A stretch of 64,000 nucleotides of DNA from Candidatus Hydrogenedentota bacterium (GTDB lineage: Bacteria; Hydrogenedentota; Hydrogenedentia; Hydrogenedentales; SLHB01). The notes beneath the pieces are model-generated. The model did no database searches and had not been told where the DNA came from. It saw only the letters and a program-made list of their open reading frames with translations. The first letter of the stretch is position 1, and each line of letters starts with the position of its first letter. Below are positions 1 through 10,388 of this stretch, in pieces. The stretch covers positions 1-64,000 of the forward strand of contig CAVUWV010000021.1 of NCBI GenBank assembly GCA_963745075.1. The letters are read 5' to 3'. Position numbers and translations under genes: made by a program.

Positions 1-815
1 GACGGACTCTGTATCGTGCTGGATCCGCCGTCCCCAAAGTCCCACAACCACGCGTTGATGGTGTCCGAACCAGGACTGGACATATCGGTAAACTGCACCG
101 CTTCTCCCGCCACCGGCGTCGTGGTCGATGCCGCAAAATCCGCAACCGGCGGCGATGGCCCTTCAACGGTGATATATCCGATCTTGAATTCGGTATCCGA
201 CAACACACCGTTGCTGACGGTAAGCGTCACATTGTACACGCCCTCGCTCAGGTATCTATGTTGCGGGTTCGGCAATGTGCTATCACCGCCATCGCCAAAG
301 GTCCACGTCCATTGCGAGATGGGAGCTTCGCCCGAAGCCACGGACGACAGGTCTGCAAACTGAACAAGCTGCCCGATGCCGACGATTTGGGGTTCCCCTT
401 GGAAATTAGCGGAAATCCGCGACGTGGCTTTCACCGGAACACTGAGTGGTTTCACCCCCGGCGCCGTTACCGACACGCTACCCGTGTTCGTACCCGCCGC
501 CAGCATGCTCCGATCGATCGTCACCGTAAACGAAGCCGGATCATTCGGACCGGTACTGTTGCCCGTCGGCGGTGATACGGAAATCCACGCCGCCCCACTA
601 CTCTGTACGACAAACGTCGGCAATGGCTGGGACGTATAATTCTTCGAGATTTTGAGCGTGAGCGCGACCTTGTCCGTCCCAAAATCGAGAGAACTGGGAC
701 TGGCAATAAAGAATGGTAAATAATCTGGCGGCGACGGTTTAGGACACCCTTGCCCCAGGAGTAAACCGGCACTTACTAAGCCGATTACCAGTAACGATCT
801 CTTTAACCTCACCAT
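1..815 (-). CDS. PKD-domain lipoprotein (N-terminal part; runs off the window)
   Basis: Not in the ORF track. Manual translation from ATG at 815 (GGAGG RBS upstream) gives MVRLKRSLLVIGLVSAGLLLGQG-CPKP (lipobox), a BACON-like segment, then PKD motifs 'WTWTFGDG...NPQHRYLSEGVYNVTLTV' and 'WLWDFGDG'. Confidence 0.85.
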   Translation of the reverse strand, partial: MVRLKRSLLVIGLVSAGLLLGQGCPKPSPPDYLPFFIASPSSLDFGTDKVALTLKISKNYTSQPLPTFVVQSSGAAWISVSPPTGNSTGPNDPASFTVTIDRSMLAAGTNTGSVSVTAPGVKPLSVPVKATSRISANFQGEPQIVGIGQLVQFADLSSVASGEAPISQWTWTFGDGGDSTLPNPQHRYLSEGVYNVTLTVSNGVLSDTEFKIGYITVEGPSPPVADFAASTTTPVAGEAVQFTDMSSPGSDTINAWLWDFGDGGSSTIQSP

Positions 816-1000
816 GCGCCGGGCTCCTCCTTACTCCGATATACACAAGCAGGGTATCCGAGCGACAGATCCTTTCCCCGCAACCCTTCCTCTCCAAGTA
901 GTACCATCATGCCATTCGGATGATACAACAGTCAACAGTTAAGCCAAAGTGCTTTTCACGTCGCTGACGTTTCGGCGCCCGGTGCGTGCGATGGCCTAAC

Positions 1001-2317
1001 TCATTCGTTCTGAGAGACTTGATTGCTGCCCAAGCGCGCCTGAAAGACCAATTCGGCTTTGCAGATGTAGTCGTGCGCCAGTATCTCGTACCCGCGCTGT
1101 TTGAGCGCTTCCGCGAGACTCTCGAATGTGTAGAAGGTGACGTGCTCGTCCGCGTACGCCCCCGGCGCAACCTTGCCGTAGATCCACTCGATGAGAGGCC
1201 ACTGCCAGCCACCGTAGTCCGGCGTGCCCAGCACAAGGATACCGCCCGGCTTGAGAATCCGCGTCAATTCATCGATGAGGCGACCGTCTTCATCCGGGAT
1301 ATGCTCGATCACCTCCGAGGAAATCACGCAATCGAACTCATCATCGCGAAACGGAAGCACCATTCCGTTGGCGCGCGTCAGAAACCGGTTGGTCCCCCGC
1401 ATGAATGCGAGCTTGTCGTGGCGCATGTCGACACCGACGGCTTGCGGCAAGTCGGCCAGTATACGACTGCTTCCGCATCCAACGTCGCAGATCGATCCGT
1501 CTTTCTGCGTAAATCGCAGTATGATATCGTGCCGTTTTCGCTGCCAATATCGCTGAAACCAGATCCGGCTGTTGTACGCGCGCCAATCGTAATCGGGAAA
1601 CTCGACCGAGTTTCGTATACGCCATACGCGGTAAAACAGCCGCAGATAGTCGATGCCAAAATGAATGATGCGCGCGTGAGAACCGCCATGCACCCGCGGC
1701 TGGTAATGGAACGGCACTTCCACGATCCGCGAGCCGCGCGCGAACCCCCGCAACAAAATCTCAATGAGAAGAACGAAATTCAGGAACTGAAAATCGATGC
1801 GTTCGAACAGCCGCCTGCGGTACAGCCGGAATCCACTCGACAAGTCCTTCACCGGCATGGAAAGCCCGACCCCGAAGAAGGCATTCAACACCCGACTCAG
1901 AAAGAGGCGAAACGGCGGCTGGTCGGCCCGCCCTCCCGCAACGTATCGGGATGCGATGACGATATCGGCATCGTCATGCGCCTCCCACATGTGTCGGATG
2001 AACTCCGCGGGGTGCGACATGTCGGCATCCATGGTCAGGACATAGGCCCCCCGCGCCTCCGACACCCCCCGCAATATCGCGCGTCCGTAACCGGGTTCGT
2101 TTTCACATACGTATCGGAACGATTCGCCGGCCTCTTCGACAACGGCGCGCGTGCCGTCCGTCGAGTCGCCGTCTACCACGATGACTTCCCATGCCTCCAG
2201 GAGCGGATCCAACGCGTCCTGGAGCAGCGGAAGCAACAGCGCAAGGTTTGGCGCTTCATTTAACGAAGGAATGACCACGCTGAGGGCGAGGGAATCCGCT
2301 TGCAAGGATACCTTCAT
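1001..2317 (-). CDS. GT2 (polyprenol-phosphate mannosyltransferase-like) glycosyltransferase fused to a class I SAM-dependent methyltransferase
   Basis: N-half 'SVVIPSLNE..VVDGDSTDGT..MDADMSHP..DLSSGFRLY'; C-half 'DVGCGS..LPFRDDEFDCVISSEVIEH..ILKPGG'. Start placed at MKVSLQ, which follows a GGGAGG RBS. Confidence 0.85.
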   Translation of the reverse strand: MKVSLQADSLALSVVIPSLNEAPNLALLLPLLQDALDPLLEAWEVIVVDGDSTDGTRAVVEEAGESFRYVCENEPGYGRAILRGVSEARGAYVLTMDADMSHPAEFIRHMWEAHDDADIVIASRYVAGGRADQPPFRLFLSRVLNAFFGVGLSMPVKDLSSGFRLYRRRLFERIDFQFLNFVLLIEILLRGFARGSRIVEVPFHYQPRVHGGSHARIIHFGIDYLRLFYRVWRIRNSVEFPDYDWRAYNSRIWFQRYWQRKRHDIILRFTQKDGSICDVGCGSSRILADLPQAVGVDMRHDKLAFMRGTNRFLTRANGMVLPFRDDEFDCVISSEVIEHIPDEDGRLIDELTRILKPGGILVLGTPDYGGWQWPLIEWIYGKVAPGAYADEHVTFYTFESLAEALKQRGYEILAHDYICKAELVFQARLGSNQVSQNE

Positions 2318-2672
2318 ACAGACGACAACCTCCCGATAGCGAGCGTCGAGCCGATGTTCGAAATACTCCCACCCGACACGCATGGGTCTCCTAGTACGTA
2401 GGAATGAACCAGGAGCACATGCGAACCCCAAGGGGGTGGATGATGCCGCCCATACCTTACGGAATATGGTCTAACGGGTCAAGCTGGACCACTGCATGGA
2501 GTTACGGCCTAACGGTATCCGGGAATTGCTGCGCACAGTTCCTGAAACGGCGCTCATTCGCTGGGAAGAACTACACGTTCCCGATTCCCATGGGATGTGT
2601 TGTAGGATAGCGAGTATGCGCCGGAATCCGGCACGATCGATTACCGATCGACGCAAATCCGAAGGGGGAGCT

Positions 2673-5108
2673 GTGATCAAATTGGCGGTACCGTTCACGA
2701 TTGCAGTCGTGGGACTTTGCTTTTGTGCCGGAATTCGGGCAAACGCGCAATGGACGGTGGTCATCCCCCAAGCGTACCGCGACGACGAGGCGATCCGCGT
2801 CGCCGTTGACGACCTTGCGCAAGAAGGAAGTGCCCACGGCATCACCTTCGTGGAGTCCGGTGAAACTGACGAGGTGAGTTCCCCCGCCATCGTGGTGGGG
2901 TCTTCCGAACGCAGCGCCGTCACGGCGCGTCTTGTCGGCGACGGCACGGTCGCACTCCAGGGAGTGACCCATCCCGAGGGATACGAAATTGTCAGCGCCA
3001 AATCCGGCCAAGGAATCGTTGTCGTCGTGGCCGGCGGGTCGGTGCTGGGCGATGTCTATGGGTTGTATTGGATCTGGGATCGGCTGCGCGTGCTTGGCCG
3101 CATACCGGAATTCAACGCGCGCCGCGAGCCGGACCTGGATATCCGCTACACGCGCATTCCGGTGCAAAACAAGGCCGATATTCGACGGGCCCTTCGGTAC
3201 GGGCTCAATCTCGTTTACGGCGAGAACCCCTTGCGGCTAATTCCCTGGGATTCCGAACCGGAAAACATGGAAAACGCGAAGTATCGCGAACAAACCCGCG
3301 AACTGGCCGCCTACGCCCATTCGGTCCATCTGAAGTTTCTCGCCTTTGGCACCGACTTCACCTATCACCCGTCGTTGCTCAAGGAGTTCGGCGCAACCTT
3401 GAACCCAGAAGACCCGCAATTCTGGGTAGCGGTCCAGGCCAAGTACCGCATGCTCTTCGACGCCATGCCGGAACTCGACGGCGTCGGCACATTCACGGCC
3501 GACGAGCAGCAGTTCTGGGGCAGCTATAAGACGTTCGATGTGATGCACGGCGGAAAAGGTTGTGACTGGAGCCTCGAGAAGCGGTATCGCACGTACGTAC
3601 AAACGGTATGGGATGTCGTGGTGGGGGAGCGCAACAAGCTGCTGTTGCACCGGACCTGGGCCACGAATTCCTACGAACAACAGGCCCAACCCGCCGTCTT
3701 TCGGAAGATTTTCACCGCAGACGTGCCCGCCAAAAACCTCTACCTGATCCCCAGTTTCACGCAGAACGACCGGTGGTGGTTTCAAGCGTACAACCCCACC
3801 ATCAACCAAACGCCCCACCACACGATGGTCGTCTGCGAAACCATGGATTACCACGGCGGAGGCGGCGTCTTCCCCACCTATCCCGGCGCCTACTTCCAGG
3901 CGGGACTCGAGTACATGCTCGATACCGGCAACAGCAATTTGAAAGGGCTCAGTCTGGACGTGCCTTCGCAGGACGATTGGCAGACGAGAAGCCTCACCGC
4001 ATATACCGTGTCTCGACTGGCGTGGGACCACCATACTGATCCGCGTGAAATCGCCGAAGATTTCGCCGCCATCCATTTCGGGCAACCCGCCGCAAAGGGC
4101 ATGGCGGACCTCTACCTGCTCTCTCCCGTTGCATACAAGTACGGCCTCTACATCGAGCCGGTGGCCTATGGACAGTTCAACGCCTTACCGCACATTCGCG
4201 TGGGGCAATTCGTGGTGCAGGGATACTCGCGCATCGACGGCGGGCGCGCGCAGGTCGAGTTCCTTCGCACCATTTACTTGCGCTGTAAACCGTGGAAGTC
4301 CGAAACCCTGGCCTACGTGGATCATGGGCTGCAGGTCGCGGAGAATATGCAAACCACCTTCGAGCAAATGCGTGGCACTCTCGACGGCGCGCAGGCCGAA
4401 GCCGTGGAACGCGCGCTCAATCTCACCCGCTTTCTTGTAAAAACCAACAACCTCTACGTACGGACCATTTTCGCCTACTTCGAGTTCCGCGATAATCCCA
4501 CCCCGGAAAACCGCGGTGGCCTCGAATCCCTTTGCACACGTCTTCGGGCGACGATACAGGACTTCTCCGAAGCCCCCGGCTTCGCATTCAAGCTGTACGG
4601 CGTCAACCAACTCCTGCTGAACGCCAACGAGGCCTCGAGCGATCCCGCCGCGGCAGAGCGCCTGCTGTCCCATGCTCCAACATCGCGGGAAATCGAAGAA
4701 ATAGTCCAAACCGAGGAAGCGAAGTACGCCGAGGTCTTGGACCGCTACGCGGGAAATGCCGTCAAGATCCTGCACTGGCGCGGCAAGATCGACGGTAGCG
4801 ACATCCTTCACGTTCACGGCGGCACCGTCACCGTCGAGCATTTGCGTTGGGACTCGCCAACCGTCGAACGATCCGAAGTCCTGGCGGCGCTACCTAAACA
4901 AGACGTGACGGTAGTCATACGTTCCATCGAGTCGCTGCCACTTCACCCTTTTGTGCTTGACCAGCCATCCATGGAAAATGATTACACCGCCGAAATCTAT
5001 CTTGCCGACGCGCCGGGCGGCGCCCATTGGTGGGAGTTCGAGGTGTACTACGTGCCGCAAAAACCTTCGAAACTTGGACTGCGGGATACGCTGAAGGCGC
5101 AACCATGA
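2673..5108 (+). CDS. Secreted glycoside-hydrolase-like protein (GH20/GH67/GH115-type N-terminal domain, uncharacterised core)
   Basis: Signal peptide after GTG 2673 (GGGGAG RBS); 'PEGYEI...VVAGGSVLGDVYGLYWI' is typical of the GH20/67-like N-domain; lies directly upstream of the fucosidase. Confidence 0.6.
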   Translation: MIKLAVPFTIAVVGLCFCAGIRANAQWTVVIPQAYRDDEAIRVAVDDLAQEGSAHGITFVESGETDEVSSPAIVVGSSERSAVTARLVGDGTVALQGVTHPEGYEIVSAKSGQGIVVVVAGGSVLGDVYGLYWIWDRLRVLGRIPEFNARREPDLDIRYTRIPVQNKADIRRALRYGLNLVYGENPLRLIPWDSEPENMENAKYREQTRELAAYAHSVHLKFLAFGTDFTYHPSLLKEFGATLNPEDPQFWVAVQAKYRMLFDAMPELDGVGTFTADEQQFWGSYKTFDVMHGGKGCDWSLEKRYRTYVQTVWDVVVGERNKLLLHRTWATNSYEQQAQPAVFRKIFTADVPAKNLYLIPSFTQNDRWWFQAYNPTINQTPHHTMVVCETMDYHGGGGVFPTYPGAYFQAGLEYMLDTGNSNLKGLSLDVPSQDDWQTRSLTAYTVSRLAWDHHTDPREIAEDFAAIHFGQPAAKGMADLYLLSPVAYKYGLYIEPVAYGQFNALPHIRVGQFVVQGYSRIDGGRAQVEFLRTIYLRCKPWKSETLAYVDHGLQVAENMQTTFEQMRGTLDGAQAEAVERALNLTRFLVKTNNLYVRTIFAYFEFRDNPTPENRGGLESLCTRLRATIQDFSEAPGFAFKLYGVNQLLLNANEASSDPAAAERLLSHAPTSREIEEIVQTEEAKYAEVLDRYAGNAVKILHWRGKIDGSDILHVHGGTVTVEHLRWDSPTVERSEVLAALPKQDVTVVIRSIESLPLHPFVLDQPSMENDYTAEIYLADAPGGAHWWEFEVYYVPQKPSKLGLRDTLKAQP

Positions 5109-5127
5109 ATATCGTGGGGTCGAAAAA

Positions 5128-6324
5128 TTGTTTGCTAGTGACAAAACAGAACGAATAGCCTGGTGGCGCCAGGCCACCTTCGGCATGTTCATCCATTGGG
5201 GCGTCTACGCGATTCCCGGCCGTGGCGAGTGGATCATGTACCAAGAGCACATTCCGGTCGACGAATACGCCACACTTGCGAATCGATTCAATCCCTCGGC
5301 ATACGATCCCGCCGCGTGGGTAGCGGCCGCGCAGGACGCGGGCATGAAATACATGGTGCTCACGACGCGCCACCACGACGGATTCTGCCTGTTCGACAGC
5401 AAGGTTTCCGAATTCACGTCGGTAAAAACGGCGGCCAAGCGCGACTTGGTGGGAGAATTCGTCGCGGCGTGCCGATCCACCGGTATGCGTATCGGGTTCT
5501 ACTATTCACTCGTGGACTGGCGATTCCCCGGCGTATTGCCCCGAAGCGTTAAACGCGATCCTTCCGTGTACCAACCCATGATCGACCAAGCCCACGCCCA
5601 AGTGCGGGAACTGCTCACAAACTATGGAACGATCGACATTCTCTGGTACGACATGCTGGATCCTCATGACCCACAACTGTGGCGCTCGAAAAAACTGAAC
5701 GCCATGGCCCGCACACTCCAACCGAACATCGTGATCAACAACCGCGCGGGCCTACCCGAAGACTTCGGCACGCCGGAAAACCAAATCGTCGCGGAAAACC
5801 GGCCCTGGGAAGCCTGTTACACCATGAATCGGAGTTGGGCGTGCTGCCCCTCGGACCGCAACTACAAACCAGCCCGCGAACTCATCCGGCTGTTGGCGTC
5901 GTGCGCATCCGGAGGCGGGAATCTCCTGCTGAACGTCTCACCGGATGCCGAAGGCCGCATCCCGCTGGAACAGGACCTGCTTCTGAAAGCGATCGGCCGG
6001 TGGCTCCGCGTCCACGGGAAGGCGATCTACGGTGCGGAGAAACCGCCCTTTGAAGCGCCGGCGCTGGGCATGGCCTCTCGCGTCGGCAACCGGGTCTATC
6101 TGCTCTTGCAGCGATGGCCGGGCGCCACGCTCCCCTTCGCGTGGTGCGGCTCCAAAGTCACCGCAGCGCGCCTGTTGGCGACGCGTAAAGAAGCGCGGGT
6201 CGAACAACGCGGTGACCGCGTGTGGCTGCACGGTCTTCCCGCCGATCCGCCCGATTTGAATCTGAACGTTGTCGAATTGGAATTCGAAGGCGAACCCCGG
6301 GCTTCCGATCCGCCGTATGCGTAA
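5128..6324 (+). CDS. Alpha-L-fucosidase (GH29)
   Basis: 'WWRQATFGMFIHWG', 'AGMKYMVLTTRHHDGF', 'ILWYD', 'GGNLLLNVSP' motifs. Confidence 0.92.
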   Translation: MFASDKTERIAWWRQATFGMFIHWGVYAIPGRGEWIMYQEHIPVDEYATLANRFNPSAYDPAAWVAAAQDAGMKYMVLTTRHHDGFCLFDSKVSEFTSVKTAAKRDLVGEFVAACRSTGMRIGFYYSLVDWRFPGVLPRSVKRDPSVYQPMIDQAHAQVRELLTNYGTIDILWYDMLDPHDPQLWRSKKLNAMARTLQPNIVINNRAGLPEDFGTPENQIVAENRPWEACYTMNRSWACCPSDRNYKPARELIRLLASCASGGGNLLLNVSPDAEGRIPLEQDLLLKAIGRWLRVHGKAIYGAEKPPFEAPALGMASRVGNRVYLLLQRWPGATLPFAWCGSKVTAARLLATRKEARVEQRGDRVWLHGLPADPPDLNLNVVELEFEGEPRASDPPYA

Positions 6325-6442
6325 TCGGGATCTCTCAACGCCCGGCTCGGTTCCCTGCGTTTGATCGCTTCCGCGCTAAATGCTCATACTGGAGAAAGTG
6401 TAGGTTTGCGCCCTGTGGAGAGGAGGGAACTCGGAGGATCCC

Positions 6443-6784
6443 ATGAAGAAATCCGACTTCAAAAAACAGATTCGAGAAGAGGCCAAACGGAAGATTAAGG
6501 GATCGCAATTGGGTGTGACTCGCAGTAATTCATACCGCGAGAAGGTCGAACAAGGCCGCACCCAACTCATGCGCAAGAGTAGCGAAGGCGGCGATACAAA
6601 TGCCCAGAAGATCAAGAATGAACTCAACTATCTGCTGAATAATTACACGCCACGTTACGACATGCGTATCGAACAATTGATCGATGCGTGGCGCACCAGC
6701 CACGATCCCAGCTACGATCCAGCAATCAAAGCGCGATTTCGCAAGGTTCGCCGCGAACAAATGCGGAAGAGCAACCCGTTGTAG
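6443..6784 (+). CDS. Small basic hypothetical protein
   Basis: 113-aa ORF with GGAGG RBS; no recognisable motif. Confidence 0.65.
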   Translation: MKKSDFKKQIREEAKRKIKGSQLGVTRSNSYREKVEQGRTQLMRKSSEGGDTNAQKIKNELNYLLNNYTPRYDMRIEQLIDAWRTSHDPSYDPAIKARFRKVRREQMRKSNPL

Positions 6785-6840
6785 CCGGCGACTCGCACTA
6801 CCGCGTTGGCGTCTCCACTGTATGGCTGACCGTACCGCCC

Positions 6841-7005
6841 AAATCCTAAGCACGAAGCACGAAATCCGAAACGAATTCAAGAACGTGAAATCCAAATGAC
6901 CAAAACATCGCAGGTTTTTGGTATTAGCGCGCGCCGTACCGTTTCGGTCATTCGATATTCGGTCATTGGGATTTGTTTCGGTTTTCGTGCTTCGTGCTTC
7001 GAATT
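6841..7005. repeat. Imperfect ~65-bp inverted repeat built from 7-nt units (AAGCACG/AAATCCG/AATGACC)
   Basis: Arms 6841-6906 and 6941-7005 are near reverse complements; the element lies between convergent genes. Confidence 0.85.
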
Positions 7006-7029
7006 CCTGAGCCCCGGACTATTCCTCCT

Positions 7030-7779
7030 CTAAAAATAGAAGAACAGTTGTTTCGGATATTCTATTCTGACGGGCGAATCCGGTTCGGGAAGTTCCCGCT
7101 CGAAAGCGTCGAACTGGGCGGCGGAAAGGGTTTCCAAATCTTCATAGCCCACGGAAACTTCCGACCCCTGCCACACATCCGTGACGACATAGTCCCCGTC
7201 GCAGCGCCACGCGGTAAATTCCACGGCGTAAATCCGATCCCCGGACGCGAAGTAAACGCTCCCAGTTAACGATGTCACCGGCTTCCGCATATCCTTGGAA
7301 TCGATCACGTGCCCGCGAATTCCACCGAAGGCGAGCAAGCGAACGTCCGTCCAGTCGACGCCGGCGCTCCCCAACTCCGTGCGCAATTGCTCGAGCGCAC
7401 GCAGGCGGTCTTCCTGCGAAAAATCGAGGTCATCAATACCGGCCTCACTATCGAAAGCTTTTGACTGAAGTTTGGCGAGCTTGCGAGCGCCTTCCGGCCC
7501 TTCTGCGCACACCGACAACTCCAATCCGTGATCTTCCGCCGCGATTCCGCCCAGTAACGCTTCGGCTGTTTTTGTGATACCGCGCCGGTCGACACCAAAC
7601 AGCCCGTTCTGCACGAGCATCCCGCCACCCAGTACCGCAACCGTCAGAACCGCAATAATCACCAACGTGCTGCCAAGCATGCGGCTCTTCGCACGGCGAC
7701 GCGGTCGCGCAATGGCTGGTGAATAAATTTGCGCCAATGCTTCCCCCTCAAAATCCAACCGTCTTCCAAATGTCAGCAT
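7030..7779 (-). CDS. Membrane-anchored hypothetical protein
   Basis: 249-aa ORF with one N-proximal hydrophobic helix (LVIIAVLTVAVLGGGMLV). Confidence 0.65.
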   Translation of the reverse strand: MLTFGRRLDFEGEALAQIYSPAIARPRRRAKSRMLGSTLVIIAVLTVAVLGGGMLVQNGLFGVDRRGITKTAEALLGGIAAEDHGLELSVCAEGPEGARKLAKLQSKAFDSEAGIDDLDFSQEDRLRALEQLRTELGSAGVDWTDVRLLAFGGIRGHVIDSKDMRKPVTSLTGSVYFASGDRIYAVEFTAWRCDGDYVVTDVWQGSEVSVGYEDLETLSAAQFDAFERELPEPDSPVRIEYPKQLFFYF

Positions 7780-8161
7780 ATACCCTCATCGCCTGCGCAC
7801 CAGCCGCGCGCGATTCTAAGCTTCATTGTCTGTCCGTCAGTGTCGTGCGCTGCCCCGCTGGCACAACGCACCCCAAACCCGCATTCTGAGATCTAAGGCT
7901 ACTAAGCCTTCAACCCCGTGGTCAAATCTCTTTGCCACCACCGCTAGTGGGCGTAATCTAGGATACCACAAGATGCGGACCTCCCGCCACCGATACAAGC
8001 TAACCACATATATCAACTCCATTTACAGGTCTTGACCCCAGACGCTCAACTCGCCGGCTTGCGAAGTATCAAAGGGTTCGGCATTCTTAATGGCCGGAAA
8101 CCGGACTTGGTTGCGTAGGAGGCCTCTCCACTACGAACCACTCAACCCATGGAGTTTCTGC

Positions 8162-10327
8162 ATGAGACGAATTATATTTGCTGTCCTGCTCATCCTGGCC
8201 GTCGTTTTCGGTGTCGCGGTGTTCCGGTCAACGCGCGGTCCCTCGAAGTCTGAATTGATCGCCGCGGCAGAGCCGTACGATGTGAAGATCCTCCGCGACA
8301 CCTGGGGCGTGCCCCATATCTTCGGCAAGACCGACGCCGACGCGGCGTTCGGATTGGCGTATGCCCAAGCCGAGGACGACATGCCCACGGTCATCACGTC
8401 GCTGATGCAGGCGCGAGGAATCCTGGCCACGGTTCAGGGCAAAGACGGCGCGCCGAGCGACTACATGGTGCACCTCTTGCGCGTGTGGCCTACGATCGAT
8501 GCGAAGTACGACACGGATCTGACGCCGGAAACGCGCGCGGTATGCGAAGGATACGCGGCAGGCTTAAACCTGTACGCTGCCCTTCACCCGAAGGAAGTGA
8601 ATTGGAGTCTTCTTCCTTTCACCGGAAAGGACGTGGTCGCCGGGTTCGTGTTCAAAGGTCCGTTCTTCTTCGGTCTCGACAAGGCCATCATGGAACTGTT
8701 CGGCGACCAACGCAAACGTGCCGTTTCGGAGAAGCATGCGGCGGTCATTCCGGACTCGCTGCTCACCGAAGACCTTCCGATCGGGTCGAACACGTTTGCC
8801 GTGAGCCCGAAACGTTCGGCCGATGGCAGCACCTTTCTCAACGTGAATTCCCACCAACCCTGGGAAGGTCCTGTCGCGTGGTACGAAGCCCATATGCACA
8901 GCGAAGACGGCATGGACATCGTGGGCGGCGTCTTTCCCGGTGTGCCGGTCATCCTCCACGGCCACAACCGCAACCTGGGGTGGGCCCATACGGTAAACAG
9001 TCCCGATCTCATCGACGTCTACGTGCTCGAAATGAATCCGGAGAATCCGAATCAGTACAAGTTCGACGGCGAATGGCGCGATCTCGAAGCGGACACGGCG
9101 CGCATCAAGGTAAAGCTTTGGGGTCCGTTTTCCTGGACCGTCAAACGGGAAGTGCTATGGTCCGTGTATGGCCCCGTCGTGCGGCGCGATCACGGTGTCT
9201 ATGCCATCCGCTACGCGGGGATGGGCGACATCCGCACCGTCGAGCAGTGGTACCGCATGGGCAAGGCGCGCAATTTCGACCAGTGGATGGACGCCATGCG
9301 GATGCGCGCAATCCCCTCGTTCAACTGCGGGTACGCGGACCGCGAAGGAAACATCGCCTACATCTACAACGCCAAGTTTCCCGTCCGCGCCGAGGGCTAC
9401 AACTGGGAACAGTACCTGCCCGGAAACACGTCCGACACGCTATGGACCGAGTATCTGCCATTCGACAAAATGCCGATGGTGATCAACCCCGCATCGGGAT
9501 TCGTGCTCAACAGCAACAGTACGCCGTTCAAAGCCACCGTCGGCCCCGAAAACCCCGATCCCGAAGACTATTCCCCCACCCTCGGTATCGAAACGCACAT
9601 GACCAATCGCGCGCTGCGGGCGATGGAGTTGTTGAGTGCCGACGATTCGATCACGGAAGAGGAGTTCTACCGGTACAAGTACGATATGGCCTACTCGAAA
9701 GACTCGGAGGTAGCCGAGGCGTGGCAAAAAGTCCTCGACGCGGACCCCCCCGACGATCCCATCATCCGTGAAGCGTTGGACGTGTGGCGCACCTGGGACC
9801 TTCGAACGAACCCGGAGAACACGGCCGCCGCCATCTGCGTGTTAACCATCGGCGCGGGATCGGATAACAATCCCAAGGCGGCCAACCTTGATGAAACCTT
9901 CGCCCTGCTCAAAAGCAACGCCGAAAGCCTGAAGAAGACGCACGGACGCATCGACGTTCCCTGGGGTGACGTTAATCGTCTCTGCCGGGGTGATGTCAAC
10001 GTCGGTATCGGCGGCGGACCGGACATCCTCCATGCCGTCTATGGTTTTCGCGTGCGCGACGGCAAACTCGAAGGGCTCGATGAGAAGGGCGAAATCTACG
10101 GACGCGCCGGAGACTGCCTCGTCCTGCTCGTCACGTGGGACAAGGACGGGAACGTCCATTCCCGCAGCATCCACCAATACGGCACCGCAACCAGCCGCCC
10201 GGATTCGCCCCACTACGCGGATCAGGTCCCCTTATTTGTGAAGCGTGAAACGAAACCCGTCTGGATGGACGAAGCCGAGATCCGGGAGCACCTCGAGCGC
10301 GAGTACCGGCCGGGCGAAGAGAACTGA
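8162..10327 (+). CDS. Penicillin/glutaryl-7-ACA/AHL acylase family Ntn-hydrolase
   Basis: 'RDTWGVPHIFG', 'GLAYAQAED', beta-chain start 'GSNTFAV..NSHQPW..WYEAH', C-terminal 'SPHYADQ'; N-terminal signal/anchor. Confidence 0.92.
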   Translation: MRRIIFAVLLILAVVFGVAVFRSTRGPSKSELIAAAEPYDVKILRDTWGVPHIFGKTDADAAFGLAYAQAEDDMPTVITSLMQARGILATVQGKDGAPSDYMVHLLRVWPTIDAKYDTDLTPETRAVCEGYAAGLNLYAALHPKEVNWSLLPFTGKDVVAGFVFKGPFFFGLDKAIMELFGDQRKRAVSEKHAAVIPDSLLTEDLPIGSNTFAVSPKRSADGSTFLNVNSHQPWEGPVAWYEAHMHSEDGMDIVGGVFPGVPVILHGHNRNLGWAHTVNSPDLIDVYVLEMNPENPNQYKFDGEWRDLEADTARIKVKLWGPFSWTVKREVLWSVYGPVVRRDHGVYAIRYAGMGDIRTVEQWYRMGKARNFDQWMDAMRMRAIPSFNCGYADREGNIAYIYNAKFPVRAEGYNWEQYLPGNTSDTLWTEYLPFDKMPMVINPASGFVLNSNSTPFKATVGPENPDPEDYSPTLGIETHMTNRALRAMELLSADDSITEEEFYRYKYDMAYSKDSEVAEAWQKVLDADPPDDPIIREALDVWRTWDLRTNPENTAAAICVLTIGAGSDNNPKAANLDETFALLKSNAESLKKTHGRIDVPWGDVNRLCRGDVNVGIGGGPDILHAVYGFRVRDGKLEGLDEKGEIYGRAGDCLVLLVTWDKDGNVHSRSIHQYGTATSRPDSPHYADQVPLFVKRETKPVWMDEAEIREHLEREYRPGEEN

Positions 10328-10388
10328 GCGCATGGTCGAAATAGGGGACCCGAAACCGCCGTCTCTACCCCCCACTTGACGATACGAC

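Noticed and set aside
986..2263. Long + strand ORF (425 aa), and similar long antisense ORFs at 23618, 30301, 53480, 55058 and 60399
   Set aside because: Shadow ORFs opposite well-supported genes; expected in high-GC DNA and lacking motifs.
7964..8016. NrdR-box-like sequences
   Set aside because: Weak match, and no ribonucleotide reductase gene is adjacent.
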